This document shows positions 40,113 to 49,594 of a stretch of 64,000 nt of DNA, one piece after another. Within the stretch, counting starts at the first letter, position 1. Each line of letters begins with the position of its first letter. Below the pieces are notes generated by a model. The model searched no databases. It saw nothing but the letters and a program-made list of their open reading frames with translations, and was not told where the DNA came from. This stretch comes from an uncultured Candidatus Saccharibacteria bacterium. Lineage in GTDB: Bacteria; Patescibacteriota; Minisyncoccia; Phycocordibacterales; UBA9973. Position numbers and translations under genes: made by a program. The DNA lies in NCBI GenBank assembly GCA_964423445.1, contig CAYREQ010000001.1, positions 129,732-193,731 of the forward strand, written 5' to 3'.

Positions 40113-40862
40113 ATGGACGATGTTCAAATCATTATTTTAGCTGCTGGAAAAAGTAAACGCATGGGTGGAGATAACCCAAAAGCATTGGCCATGTTTCATG
40201 GTCGTCCATTTTTGCGTCATATACTAGACACTATCAGTAGTCTAAATTTAAATATAAAACCTGTAATTGTAGTCGGTCATAAAAAGGAACAGATAATAGA
40301 AGCTCTCGGTAACGAATATAAATATGCAGAACAAAATGAACAATTGGGCACAGGGCATGCAGTAAAATGTGCTAAAGATTTTATGGATAAAGAACATAAA
40401 ATTATTTTAGTTATCTCTACTGACCAGCCTACCCTATCAAAAGAAACCATCCAAAATCTCATTTCTAAACATAAAGAAAAATCTGCCACCATTTCCCTCG
40501 CCACTGTCACCGTACCTGATTTTGAAGAATGGAGATCTGGCATGAGGCACTTTGGTAGAATAATAAGAAATGAGAATGAAAAGATTACAGACATCATAGA
40601 ATTTAAAGACGCGAATGAAAAAGAAAAATTGGTAAAAGAATTAAACCCAGCTATATATGCTTTTAATGCGGATTGGCTCTGGGAAAATATAGACAAACTA
40701 AGAAATGAAAATGCTCAAAATGAGTACTATTTGACTGACCTTATAAAGATAGCTTTTGAAGAAAACGAAGACATAGAATCTGTACCTGTATTTAATCTAA
40801 TAGAGGGCTTACAGCCAAACACAAAAGATGAAGTTTCTATGTTAGAAAAAATTGCAGTATAA
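40113..40862 (+). CDS. nucleotidyltransferase (GlmU N-terminal uridylyltransferase-like domain, no acetyltransferase domain)
   Basis: ILAAGKSKRMGGDNPKALAMFHGRPFLRHIL motif. 249 aa. Confidence 0.65.
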   Translation: MDDVQIIILAAGKSKRMGGDNPKALAMFHGRPFLRHILDTISSLNLNIKPVIVVGHKKEQIIEALGNEYKYAEQNEQLGTGHAVKCAKDFMDKEHKIILVISTDQPTLSKETIQNLISKHKEKSATISLATVTVPDFEEWRSGMRHFGRIIRNENEKITDIIEFKDANEKEKLVKELNPAIYAFNADWLWENIDKLRNENAQNEYYLTDLIKIAFEENEDIESVPVFNLIEGLQPNTKDEVSMLEKIAV

Positions 40863-40869
40863 TTGATTT

Positions 40870-42087
40870 ATGCAAAACCCATATCAAAATGCAATGTCTC
40901 AACTAGACAAAGTGACTAAAGTGAAAAACTTTAGTGCTGAATTTATTTCTAAACTAAGACAACCAAATAGAGATATTAGAATTTCTATTCCTGTAAAGAT
41001 GGACGATGGAACACAGAAAATATTTGAAGGATATCGGGTGGAATACAACAATGCTCTCGGCCCATATAAAGGAGGAATACGATATCATCCTGATACTGAA
41101 ATAAATGAAGTGAAAGCCCTCGCCTTTTGGATGGCTATAAAGTGTGCCGTCGCAAATATACCTATGGGTGGAGGAAAGGGTGGCATCACCGTAGACCCCA
41201 AAAAATTATCCAAGGGTGAGCTCGAAAGACTTTCACGCGGATGGGTAGGTAAACTCTCTGATATATTAGGACCACACAAAGACGTGCCTGCCCCAGACGT
41301 AAACACTACGCCAGAAATCATGGCTTGGATGAGTGATGAATTTGAAAAAATAACTGGAGATAAAACCAAAGCGACATTTACTGGTAAACCGATAGAAGCT
41401 GGTGGCTCAGAAGGACGTGGCCCAGCTACGGGCCTCGGTGGATTTTATGTCTTTGACGCTTTGCGTAGTGAATTGGGTTTACCAGAAAAGTGCAATGTGG
41501 TAGTGCAAGGTTTTGGAAATGTCGGCAGTAATGCGGCAGAAATTTTTACCGAACACGGGCACACAGTCGTAGCTATTTCAGACTCCAAGGGTGGAATTTA
41601 TAAAAAAGATGGCATTGATATAAAAAAACTAGGAGAATACAAAAAAAATACAGGTGCTATTTCTGGTTTTGAAGGTAGCACCACTATCACAAATGACGAA
41701 CTACTAGAATTAGAATGTGACGTATTAATACCTGCAGCATTTGAAAACGTAATAACAGATGCTAATGCAGATAAAGTACGCGCTAGGGCTATTTTAGAGC
41801 TTGCCAATGGCCCTATAACTCCCGAAGCAGATGAAATTTTGTTTAAAAAAGGTATTCCTGTAATACCAGATGTTTTAGCAAATTCTGGAGGAGTGACAGT
41901 GTCATATTTTGAATGGGATCAAAATCTCAAAGGAGAACATTGGAGTGAAAAAGAAGTTTTTGATAAATTGCGCCCAATGATGGAAGACGCTGCTAGAAAA
42001 ATTTTAGGAAAAGCAAAAGAAAATAATACCCATCTTCGCATCGGGGCTTTTATCTTGGCTCTTGAAAGAATTCAAGAAAAACTATAA
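40870..42087 (+). CDS. gdhA: Glu/Leu/Phe/Val-family glutamate dehydrogenase
   Basis: KGGIRYHP catalytic Lys motif, GGGKGG and GFGNVG Rossmann motif. Confidence 0.85.
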   Translation: MQNPYQNAMSQLDKVTKVKNFSAEFISKLRQPNRDIRISIPVKMDDGTQKIFEGYRVEYNNALGPYKGGIRYHPDTEINEVKALAFWMAIKCAVANIPMGGGKGGITVDPKKLSKGELERLSRGWVGKLSDILGPHKDVPAPDVNTTPEIMAWMSDEFEKITGDKTKATFTGKPIEAGGSEGRGPATGLGGFYVFDALRSELGLPEKCNVVVQGFGNVGSNAAEIFTEHGHTVVAISDSKGGIYKKDGIDIKKLGEYKKNTGAISGFEGSTTITNDELLELECDVLIPAAFENVITDANADKVRARAILELANGPITPEADEILFKKGIPVIPDVLANSGGVTVSYFEWDQNLKGEHWSEKEVFDKLRPMMEDAARKILGKAKENNTHLRIGAFILALERIQEKL

Positions 42088-42106
42088 GATTACTGAATCG
42101 CGCATT

Positions 42107-42143
42107 TAGCTCAGTGTAGCGACGCCTGTAATACGCTTTTTAA
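42107..42143 (+). other. tRNA-like 5' fragment (pseudo-tRNA remnant) preceding tRNA-Val
   Basis: GCGCATTTAGCTCAGTGTAGCGACGCC resembles the acceptor 5' strand plus D-arm of the adjacent tRNA-Val (GCGCGATTAGCTCAGTGGTAGAGCGACCCC). It lacks the anticodon and T arms. Confidence 0.35.
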
Positions 42144-42156
42144 AAAATAAATATAT

Positions 42157-42229
42157 GCGCGATTAGCTCAGTGGTAGAGCGACCCCTTGACGTGGGGTAG
42201 GCCGGGGGTTCAATCCCCTCATCGCGCAC
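42157..42229 (+). tRNA. tRNA-Val (anticodon GAC)
   Basis: GCGCGATTAGCTCAGTGGTAGAGCGACCCCTTGACGTGGGGTAGGCCGGGGGTTCAATCCCCTCATCGCGCA. Anticodon loop TTGACGT. Confidence 0.8.
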
Positions 42230-42236
42230 AGAATTT

Positions 42237-44537
42237 TTAATCTACACTAGCTTCATATTTTCTCATGGCCTCTTCGGCATGCATATGAAAGAGTAAAGTA
42301 ATCAGGTAAGCACGAGCATCATTGTAATCTTGCCCCATTTTTTCCTCACCATTTATCCAGTGTTTTAAAATTTCTTCATCGAGTTTTATCTCTTTAAATT
42401 TTCCGTCTTTTTCTGGTACACGTATTTTACTGACTTTAAATTTATCAATAAGGATTGTGGCAATTTCAGTATTGGTCAAAAAGTTTACCATAGCAGCAGA
42501 GCCTCCTCCCTTGGAACAAAAAGCTTCATACATCTCAATTCCCGCTCCGCCTACATTTCCTTTCTCTGCCCATTTTTTTCTTATGCCATCTATCACCTTT
42601 GCCCACATTTCTCTATGTGAAGAAAACATGCTCCTGACATTTTTTATCTCCTCTATACCTTTTCTAGCATCTGTAAATAATTCTACCCAATGAGAAGGCA
42701 GTGGCAATTTACTATTTTTTTTATTTTCATGAAATTCTTCTACAGTTTTCTTTTCCACCAAGTCTATCAATTCTTCCAATTGTTTTATTTTATTTAAATC
42801 CAATTCTCCCCTCGTTGCTTTCATTAGATTTTCGTGTACACCCTGACTATCGTGTGTCTTGTAGACCTGAGAAACTGTAGTGTCCTTTAATATGTTATTT
42901 TTTTCAAGCCATTTTATAAAATCAAATTTTTCTGTCTCTTTTTTTTCTGTAGCACCTATCATAGCTGCACGAGTGATGACTGCGCGCAATGCTACAGCGT
43001 ACGTATTCCCACCAAACACTTCAGGGGTTAGGTCTGGTCCTGTAAATTCTAATCTAGCACCCGTGGTAAGCTTTGGAGATTCTCCTTCTTTTGATTTTTC
43101 TAAAAATTTTAAAAATTTTGCAAAGGACACACTGTCTCTAGATCGTACTTCTGAATGCATAGGTGCATATGTACGAGTAATACCAGAAGGTGTTTCTATT
43201 TCTATTTTTCCTGTTGTTCTGTCAAAACTGTTTGCTAAACCTTTCAATAATAATTCTTCTTTTAAGAGCTTGAAATCAGTCTCTGGTGGAATCAACCCTG
43301 GAGCACGACTAGTAGGAATTATATTTCTAAGCACAGAACGTCCAGATAAAATATCTACTACCTCACCTTTACTATTTGGTAAGTGCGTCTTTGCTCCGTG
43401 AATCATGTTTCCTGAGTAATTCAATACATTTACAATCTCAGACCAATATATACCTCCATTTACTGCTCCTTTCATTGCAGATTGGGGTATCATTCCGTCT
43501 TTATGCTGAGGAACACCGACAGATATATGCAAAGCTCTAGCCATCCAAGCATCAAAAAGATATGTTCTAACAAAAATTTCTCCTGGTGAACGAGCTGGGT
43601 ATTTAGGGTCACTAGTGATTCCATGCGTATGAGCAATCTGATTCAAAACTTTTAAAACATCTTGATCTTTACTCAAAATAAAAGATAAGTTTTGCAACAT
43701 CTTTGCTGTATAAGCATTTGTAGCTGCATCGAGATAGCCCAAGCTCTGCTGAGCCTTTGGAGGTAATAATTCGAAGTGTTCAGCTTTTAATGCTGTATAT
43801 GGCTCTTCTTTTAAAGGAACTTTCTGTGCCATCGTATTTGTAAATTCCAATATATAGGCTTCATCTTTGGCTTCTTTAAAAATTTCTTTTTGAATTCTTA
43901 CTAATGAATTTTTGAAATCTTTAAAATTTTCTGCTGGGAGCTCTTCGCTGAGTTCGCGCATATTTAAAAATGCTTCTACGAGTCCTTCTTTGCATAAAGA
44001 AAAAGCTCTTCGTGCAGCTCTTTCTTTTCCTTCTTTTGTATCTATATCATATTCTTGTATACCAAATTCTATTTCTTGGCCCATGAGCATGCCGTGCTCG
44101 GCTGTGTCTTTTAGCCAGTCTTTTATAAAAGCTTGGTCGCGAGGAGAATTATCAAGCAATACGACTTGTATCTCATTTGTCATTGCAGAAGAATCATCTG
44201 GAGAAAGTGGCACCATAGGATACATAGGACTTCCATCAATCTTTACACCGATTGGATCTTTTGTAGTATCTTCTCTTCTTCTAAAAGCGCCTTCGGGAAC
44301 TATGAGAGTATACTCAACATCACCAATACCTAAAGATGGGTAAGGTTTGAATGTCATTGCCCAAGAATTACTGCCATAAGGAGAGACCGTAGCACTTGCC
44401 TCTACTTCACCATACTCTCTTAGCATGTGCTCTAATTCTTCTGGGTTTATGCGTTCACCCTCACCTTTTAAATCCAATTTTGGTTTATGAATTTCTTTTT
44501 CAGTATTTTGAAAGTTTTCCATATTTCCTGGATTCAT
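42237..44537 (-). CDS. large hypothetical protein (766 aa), unassigned
   Basis: A long uninterrupted ORF with host-like composition. No P-loop, HExxH or other catalytic motif recognisable by eye. Confidence 0.55.
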   Translation of the reverse strand: MNPGNMENFQNTEKEIHKPKLDLKGEGERINPEELEHMLREYGEVEASATVSPYGSNSWAMTFKPYPSLGIGDVEYTLIVPEGAFRRREDTTKDPIGVKIDGSPMYPMVPLSPDDSSAMTNEIQVVLLDNSPRDQAFIKDWLKDTAEHGMLMGQEIEFGIQEYDIDTKEGKERAARRAFSLCKEGLVEAFLNMRELSEELPAENFKDFKNSLVRIQKEIFKEAKDEAYILEFTNTMAQKVPLKEEPYTALKAEHFELLPPKAQQSLGYLDAATNAYTAKMLQNLSFILSKDQDVLKVLNQIAHTHGITSDPKYPARSPGEIFVRTYLFDAWMARALHISVGVPQHKDGMIPQSAMKGAVNGGIYWSEIVNVLNYSGNMIHGAKTHLPNSKGEVVDILSGRSVLRNIIPTSRAPGLIPPETDFKLLKEELLLKGLANSFDRTTGKIEIETPSGITRTYAPMHSEVRSRDSVSFAKFLKFLEKSKEGESPKLTTGARLEFTGPDLTPEVFGGNTYAVALRAVITRAAMIGATEKKETEKFDFIKWLEKNNILKDTTVSQVYKTHDSQGVHENLMKATRGELDLNKIKQLEELIDLVEKKTVEEFHENKKNSKLPLPSHWVELFTDARKGIEEIKNVRSMFSSHREMWAKVIDGIRKKWAEKGNVGGAGIEMYEAFCSKGGGSAAMVNFLTNTEIATILIDKFKVSKIRVPEKDGKFKEIKLDEEILKHWINGEEKMGQDYNDARAYLITLLFHMHAEEAMRKYEASVD

Positions 44538-44549
44538 AAAAAAAAATAT

Positions 44550-45035
44550 TTATTGTGTATCTGCTGTAGGTCCGTAAATAGAAGGAACTTTTGCTCCCAT
44601 TGCTCGCAAGTATGTAGATAGCTGGCCTCGGTGATGAATAGCATCAAAGAGAAAGCCCCAAGCCATTCCATATTTTTTATCTTCCCATTTTCCATTTGGA
44701 CCCATGTCTAATACTCCCATGCCATTTTCCCAATCTTCAAGAGAAATATTTTCTACGTTTTTCAAAAGCTCTGTGTATCCTGTATCAAAATTCGAAAGCA
44801 TTTCTGCTCTACTTTTTGCCTCCATAGAATGAGCATTGAAAGCTGGGACTCCGGTCAAAAGTATACCTGATATTGCCTCCCATTGAGCTGAGAGCTGAGC
44901 TGCCAAGTTTCCTGCTTCTCGAGCCTTGTCGTGGACTTTGTGAGAAAATTGATCTTCTGGTAAAGCTTCGATCGCGTCCCGAAATTTCTTTTGCTCTTCT
45001 TTTAATGTTTTAGTGAAAAATTCTTTTGTATTCAT
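44550..45035 (-). CDS. DinB/YfiT-like superfamily protein
   Basis: 161 aa four-helix-bundle pattern with the HHRGQLSTYLR motif. Confidence 0.6.
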   Translation of the reverse strand: MNTKEFFTKTLKEEQKKFRDAIEALPEDQFSHKVHDKAREAGNLAAQLSAQWEAISGILLTGVPAFNAHSMEAKSRAEMLSNFDTGYTELLKNVENISLEDWENGMGVLDMGPNGKWEDKKYGMAWGFLFDAIHHRGQLSTYLRAMGAKVPSIYGPTADTQ

Positions 45036-45132
45036 AAATTTTTATTTTTATTAATTAATATGTTCACATTATAGCCTACTCGAAAAATTGTCACAAATAG
45101 TATATAATCCACAAAACAAATAAGAAAATAAG

Positions 45133-46227
45133 ATGAAAATATTAAGCATAGAATCATCCTGTGACGATACAGGAATTACAATAATGGAAATGACAGGTGG
45201 CTACGGCAAAGCTTCTTTTAAAATACTTGCCGATGCTTCAAATTCACAAATACCAAAACATATACCTTTTGGTGGTGTCTACCCTGCTTTAGCAAAAAAA
45301 GAACACGCAAAAAACTTACCAATTTTATTTAAAGAAGTAATGCTCGAATCAAAACTAGCTAAAAAAGAAAAGCCAGTAGATGCCGTGGCTGTGACTTATG
45401 GACCGGGCTTGGAAATGTGTCTCTGGGAAGGAATTACTTTTGCAAAAGATTTGGCAAAGAAATGGAATGTACCTCTAATACCTACAAATCATATGGAGGG
45501 TCACATATTTTCTGTTTTTGGTAAAAAAAATATCAAAACTAATAAAGGTAAATTTAGTGTAGAAAAAGTAAAGACACCAATGCTATCAATCCTGGTATCT
45601 GGTGGGCACACTCAGCTCATAGTCAGTCGCAAGTGGATGGAGTATGAAATCATCGGTGAGACACTAGATGATGCTGTAGGTGAAGCATATGACAAAGTAG
45701 CCCGAATGCTCGGATTAAATTACCCTGGAGGTCCACAAATTTCTAGACTAGCCGAAGAAATGCGAGCAAAAGAAATAAAACCAAATCTTCCAAAAGAACT
45801 TCCTCGCCCAATGATGCATAGCAAAGATTTTAAATTTTCTTATTCAGGACTCAAGACTGCAGTGCTATATCTGATTCGGGACCTTGGAGGTTTAGAAAAA
45901 TTAAATAAAAAAATGATAAGCCAGATAGCTTTAGAATTTGAAAATGCTGCTATCGAGCCGATAATTTATAAGACAGCGAAAGCTATAGAAAAATACAATA
46001 TCAAAACTATCGCTGTGGGTGGTGGAGTCGCCTGTAATATTCATCTACAAAGAGAATTGAAAAAATTAGCAAAAATATACAAAGTAAAATTGCTCCTTCC
46101 TCAAAAAGAACTGACTGGAGACAATTCGCTCATGATTGGTATTGCTGGCTATCTACAATATATAAAAAATAAAAAGAAAGTACCAAAAATAGATACAGTC
46201 AGGGCGACTGGCACGCTAAAACTTTAA
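45133..46227 (+). CDS. tsaD: tRNA N6-adenosine threonylcarbamoyltransferase TsaD
   Basis: ILSIESSCDDTGI N-terminus, HMEGHIF metal-binding motif and Kae1/TsaD-family motifs throughout. Confidence 0.85.
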   Translation: MKILSIESSCDDTGITIMEMTGGYGKASFKILADASNSQIPKHIPFGGVYPALAKKEHAKNLPILFKEVMLESKLAKKEKPVDAVAVTYGPGLEMCLWEGITFAKDLAKKWNVPLIPTNHMEGHIFSVFGKKNIKTNKGKFSVEKVKTPMLSILVSGGHTQLIVSRKWMEYEIIGETLDDAVGEAYDKVARMLGLNYPGGPQISRLAEEMRAKEIKPNLPKELPRPMMHSKDFKFSYSGLKTAVLYLIRDLGGLEKLNKKMISQIALEFENAAIEPIIYKTAKAIEKYNIKTIAVGGGVACNIHLQRELKKLAKIYKVKLLLPQKELTGDNSLMIGIAGYLQYIKNKKKVPKIDTVRATGTLKL

Positions 46228-46266
46228 ATCTCGCCATTTCACTACAAAATGTGATATTATAAGGGT

Positions 46267-48402
46267 ATGGAAGAAAAGTTGCCAGAAAAACTGCTGAAGC
46301 CTTACAGCCCGAAAAATACCGAAGATAGAATTTATAAGCTCTGGGAAGAGAGTGGTTTTTTTAATCCAGATGTTTGTGTAGAAAAAGGCGTCGCTAATAC
46401 AGATGCACCTTATTTTTCTATTGTCCTTCCCCCACCAAATGCTACAGGAGTGCTACACCTCGGCCACACCCTCGAAGACTCTATGCAAGACACGATGATA
46501 CGATACAACAGAATGCAAGGTAAAAAAACTCTTTGGCTACCAGGCACAGATCACGCAGCTATCGCTACTGATGCCAAGGTTGCAAAACTTTTAGAAAAAG
46601 AAGGTATTAAAAAGCGTGACATTGGTAGAGAAAAATTTCTAGAACACGTAGATGTCTTTGTGGCAGATAGTAGAAAGACAATAGTGTCTCAGCTTCGCAA
46701 GATGGGTGCTTCTCTCGACTGGTCTCGTGAAGCATTTACATATGACGAAGCTAGAAATCTGGCTGTAAGAACAGCATTTAAACAAATGTATGATGATGGC
46801 CTTATTTATCGTGGTTCAAAAATCGTAAATTGGGATCCAAAAGGTCAGACTGTGATATCTGATGATGAAATTGTTTACGAAGAGAGAAAAGCGAAACTTT
46901 ACACTTTTAAATATTCAAAAGATTTCCCTATTTCTATATCTACCACTCGCCCAGAAACAAAGGTGGGCGATGTCGCAGTAGCTGTGCACCCTGAAGATGA
47001 TAGATACAAAGAATACGTGGGTAAAGAATATACAGTAGAAAATTTCTGTGGAGTAAAACTAAACATAAAAATAATAGCAGATGAAGCCGTAGAAAAAGAT
47101 TTTGGCACAGGAGCACTAGGGGTGACTCCAGCACACTCTATAATCGACTGGGAAATGGCTGAACGACACAAACTTCCCCATCCACAAGTAATAAACGAAT
47201 ATGCAAAGATGATTGTAGGTGGAGAAAACATACTAGGCAAAAAAACCACTGAGGCTCGTGAAGTAATCGTAGAATGGCTAAAGAGTGAAGGACTTTTAGA
47301 AAAAGAAGAAGAGGTAAATCAAAATATCTCTACAGCAGAACGCACAGGTGGAATCATAGAGCCATTACCAAAATTACAATGGTTTGTAGATGTAAACAAA
47401 AAAATTCCTACTCGTGGTGATAAATCTCTAAAAGAATTGATGCTGGAACCAGTGCGAAATGGAAAAATAAAAATAATGCCAGACCATTTTGAAAAAGTTT
47501 ATTTCAATTGGATAGAAAATCTTCGTGATTGGTGTATAAGTCGCCAAATCTGGTACGGCCACAGAATACCTGTGTGGTATAAAGACAGTGAAATTTTTTG
47601 TGATATAGAAGCACCGAGCGAAAATGGCTGGATTCAAGACGAAGATACACTAGACACATGGTTTTCTTCTGGTCTTTGGACGTTTTCTACACTAGGCTGG
47701 CCTGATATAAATGCAAAAGATCTAAAAAGCTTTCATCCTACAAGTGTGATAAACCCAGGATATGAAATACTTTTCTTTTGGGTAGCTAGAATGATACTAA
47801 TGTCTCAATATTTAATTGGTGAAGTGCCATTTAAAACAGTCTATCTACACGGCATGCTTCGCGACGCAAAAGGTCAAAAATTTAGTAAGTCCCAAGGAAA
47901 TGGTATAGACCCAATAGAAATAATAAATGAATATGGTGCCGATGCACTACGTATGTCTATGATTGTAGGCATAGGTCCAGGAGCTGATGGAAAATTTGAT
48001 TTACAAAAAGTAAAAGCTTATGGAAAATTTAGTAATAAAATATGGAATATCACTCGCTATGTACTCGGCACAGAAAACAAAGGAGGGTTAAAAAAAGAAC
48101 TGATAGATGAGTTTGAAACTCTAGGAAAAGACATCACGGCTGATATGGATAACTTTAGATTTTATTTAGCAGCAGAAAAACTGTATGCTTATATATGGCA
48201 CCGTTTTGCTGATGAAATAATAGAAGAATCAAAAGGTAAAATAGAATACGGGGCTACTCTGTATTATATCTTAGAAAATTCTATGAAATTACTACACCCG
48301 TTTATGCCTTTTGTGACTGAAGAAATTTGGAGCACACTTCCAGGCAAGGAAAATAAATTATTAATGATAGAGCCTTGGCCAATAAATACAGAAAATAAAT
48401 AA
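46267..48402 (+). CDS. valS: valine--tRNA ligase (short form without C-terminal coiled coil)
   Basis: PPPNATGVLHLGH (HIGH), LPGTDHAAIAT, intact CP1 editing motif TTRPETKVGD, KFSKSQGN (KMSKS). Confidence 0.85.
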   Translation: MEEKLPEKLLKPYSPKNTEDRIYKLWEESGFFNPDVCVEKGVANTDAPYFSIVLPPPNATGVLHLGHTLEDSMQDTMIRYNRMQGKKTLWLPGTDHAAIATDAKVAKLLEKEGIKKRDIGREKFLEHVDVFVADSRKTIVSQLRKMGASLDWSREAFTYDEARNLAVRTAFKQMYDDGLIYRGSKIVNWDPKGQTVISDDEIVYEERKAKLYTFKYSKDFPISISTTRPETKVGDVAVAVHPEDDRYKEYVGKEYTVENFCGVKLNIKIIADEAVEKDFGTGALGVTPAHSIIDWEMAERHKLPHPQVINEYAKMIVGGENILGKKTTEAREVIVEWLKSEGLLEKEEEVNQNISTAERTGGIIEPLPKLQWFVDVNKKIPTRGDKSLKELMLEPVRNGKIKIMPDHFEKVYFNWIENLRDWCISRQIWYGHRIPVWYKDSEIFCDIEAPSENGWIQDEDTLDTWFSSGLWTFSTLGWPDINAKDLKSFHPTSVINPGYEILFFWVARMILMSQYLIGEVPFKTVYLHGMLRDAKGQKFSKSQGNGIDPIEIINEYGADALRMSMIVGIGPGADGKFDLQKVKAYGKFSNKIWNITRYVLGTENKGGLKKELIDEFETLGKDITADMDNFRFYLAAEKLYAYIWHRFADEIIEESKGKIEYGATLYYILENSMKLLHPFMPFVTEEIWSTLPGKENKLLMIEPWPINTENK

Positions 48403-48404
48403 AA

Positions 48405-49088
48405 ATGTTTAGCGACCCAAAAATTTTAGGTTTAGCATTTATCGGAGGTATCGTCCCTTCACTTTTATGGCTTTGGTTTTGGGTGAAAGAAGAAGAAAAT
48501 GAACCAGAGCCGAAATTGTTACTGACAATTGTATTTATCATGGGTATGCTCGCAGTCATATGTGTATTACCTTTACAAAAATTAATACAGACATATGTAA
48601 GTACCCACGAATTTAAAATAATTGGCTGGGCCAGCATAGAAGAAATAATGAAATTTCTAGCTGTGATGCTAATACTATACAAAACAAATGAAGTGGATGA
48701 GCCAATAGATTGGCCTATATATATGATTACTGGAGCTTTGGGCTTTGCTGCACTTGAAAACACATTATTTTTATTAAAACCTTTATCTTTGGGTGAGACT
48801 ACTGTCAGTCTACTGACAGGACAGCTCCGATTTTTAGGATCTACACTGCTTCACACTGTTTCAAGTGGAGTTTTGGGTATTGCTCTCGGAGTTTCTTTTC
48901 ATTTAAGCAGTTTTAAAAAATATTGGCACGTTTTAATCGGACTAATTTTCGCAATTTCCTTGCATAGTGTCTTTAATTTTTTTATAATAAGAAATAGTGG
49001 TAGTGATTTTTTGAAAGTGTTTGGATTTTTATGGGTAGTCACTATCGTCGTGTTACTACTTTTTGAAAAAGTAAGAAGAATGACATAA
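48405..49088 (+). CDS. PrsW-family intramembrane metalloprotease-like membrane protein
   Basis: Polytopic. EExxK-like motif (WVKEEENEPEP), AALENTLF and HSVFNFF motifs. Confidence 0.5.
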   Translation: MFSDPKILGLAFIGGIVPSLLWLWFWVKEEENEPEPKLLLTIVFIMGMLAVICVLPLQKLIQTYVSTHEFKIIGWASIEEIMKFLAVMLILYKTNEVDEPIDWPIYMITGALGFAALENTLFLLKPLSLGETTVSLLTGQLRFLGSTLLHTVSSGVLGIALGVSFHLSSFKKYWHVLIGLIFAISLHSVFNFFIIRNSGSDFLKVFGFLWVVTIVVLLLFEKVRRMT

Positions 49089-49115
49089 AATTATTAATTA
49101 AATTATTTAAAATTT

Positions 49116-49592
49116 ATGGAAAATAAAAAAAGAAGTTTTTTTGAGAGATTAACAGGAAGCATAAGCATGAAAGAAGAGCAGGATGAAAGAGAAGAATACT
49201 CAAAAGAGACAACTAAAAATGATAAAAAATCTGTCAGCAACTGGGTAGAAGAAGAACCAGAAGAAGCAGAGTTGGCTGTAGACTTATACCAAACAAATGC
49301 AGACATCGTAGTGCAGACCATGGTGGCTGGAGTAAGACCAGAAGACTTAGAATTGGTAATCGGTAGAGATGTGGTCACTATACGTGGTAAGCGTGAAGAA
49401 AATAAATCCATAGATGAAGATAATTATTTCACAAAAGAATTATACTGGGGCAAGTTTTCTCGTACTATCACACTCCCTGCTGAAGTAGAACCAGAAGAAG
49501 CAGAAGCTACAGAAAAACACGGTCTACTAACTATAAAAATACAGAAAGTAGATAAGGAAAAAAAGAACAGCGTAAAAGTAAAATCTATATAA
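49116..49592 (+). CDS. Hsp20/alpha-crystallin family small heat-shock protein
   Basis: Alpha-crystallin domain: VDLYQTNADIVVQTMVAGVRPEDLELVI...GKFSRTITLP...HGLLTIKI. Confidence 0.8.
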   Translation: MENKKRSFFERLTGSISMKEEQDEREEYSKETTKNDKKSVSNWVEEEPEEAELAVDLYQTNADIVVQTMVAGVRPEDLELVIGRDVVTIRGKREENKSIDEDNYFTKELYWGKFSRTITLPAEVEPEEAEATEKHGLLTIKIQKVDKEKKNSVKVKSI

Positions 49593-49594
49593 TG

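Noticed and set aside
42237-44537. Type III glutamine synthetase assignment for the 766-aa protein, prompted by the gdhA neighbour and size
   Set aside because: The GS ATP/glutamate motifs (GSGxHxHxS, NRSASIRIP) are not reproduced. The two weak look-alikes are ~15 aa apart instead of ~70, so the protein is left unassigned.
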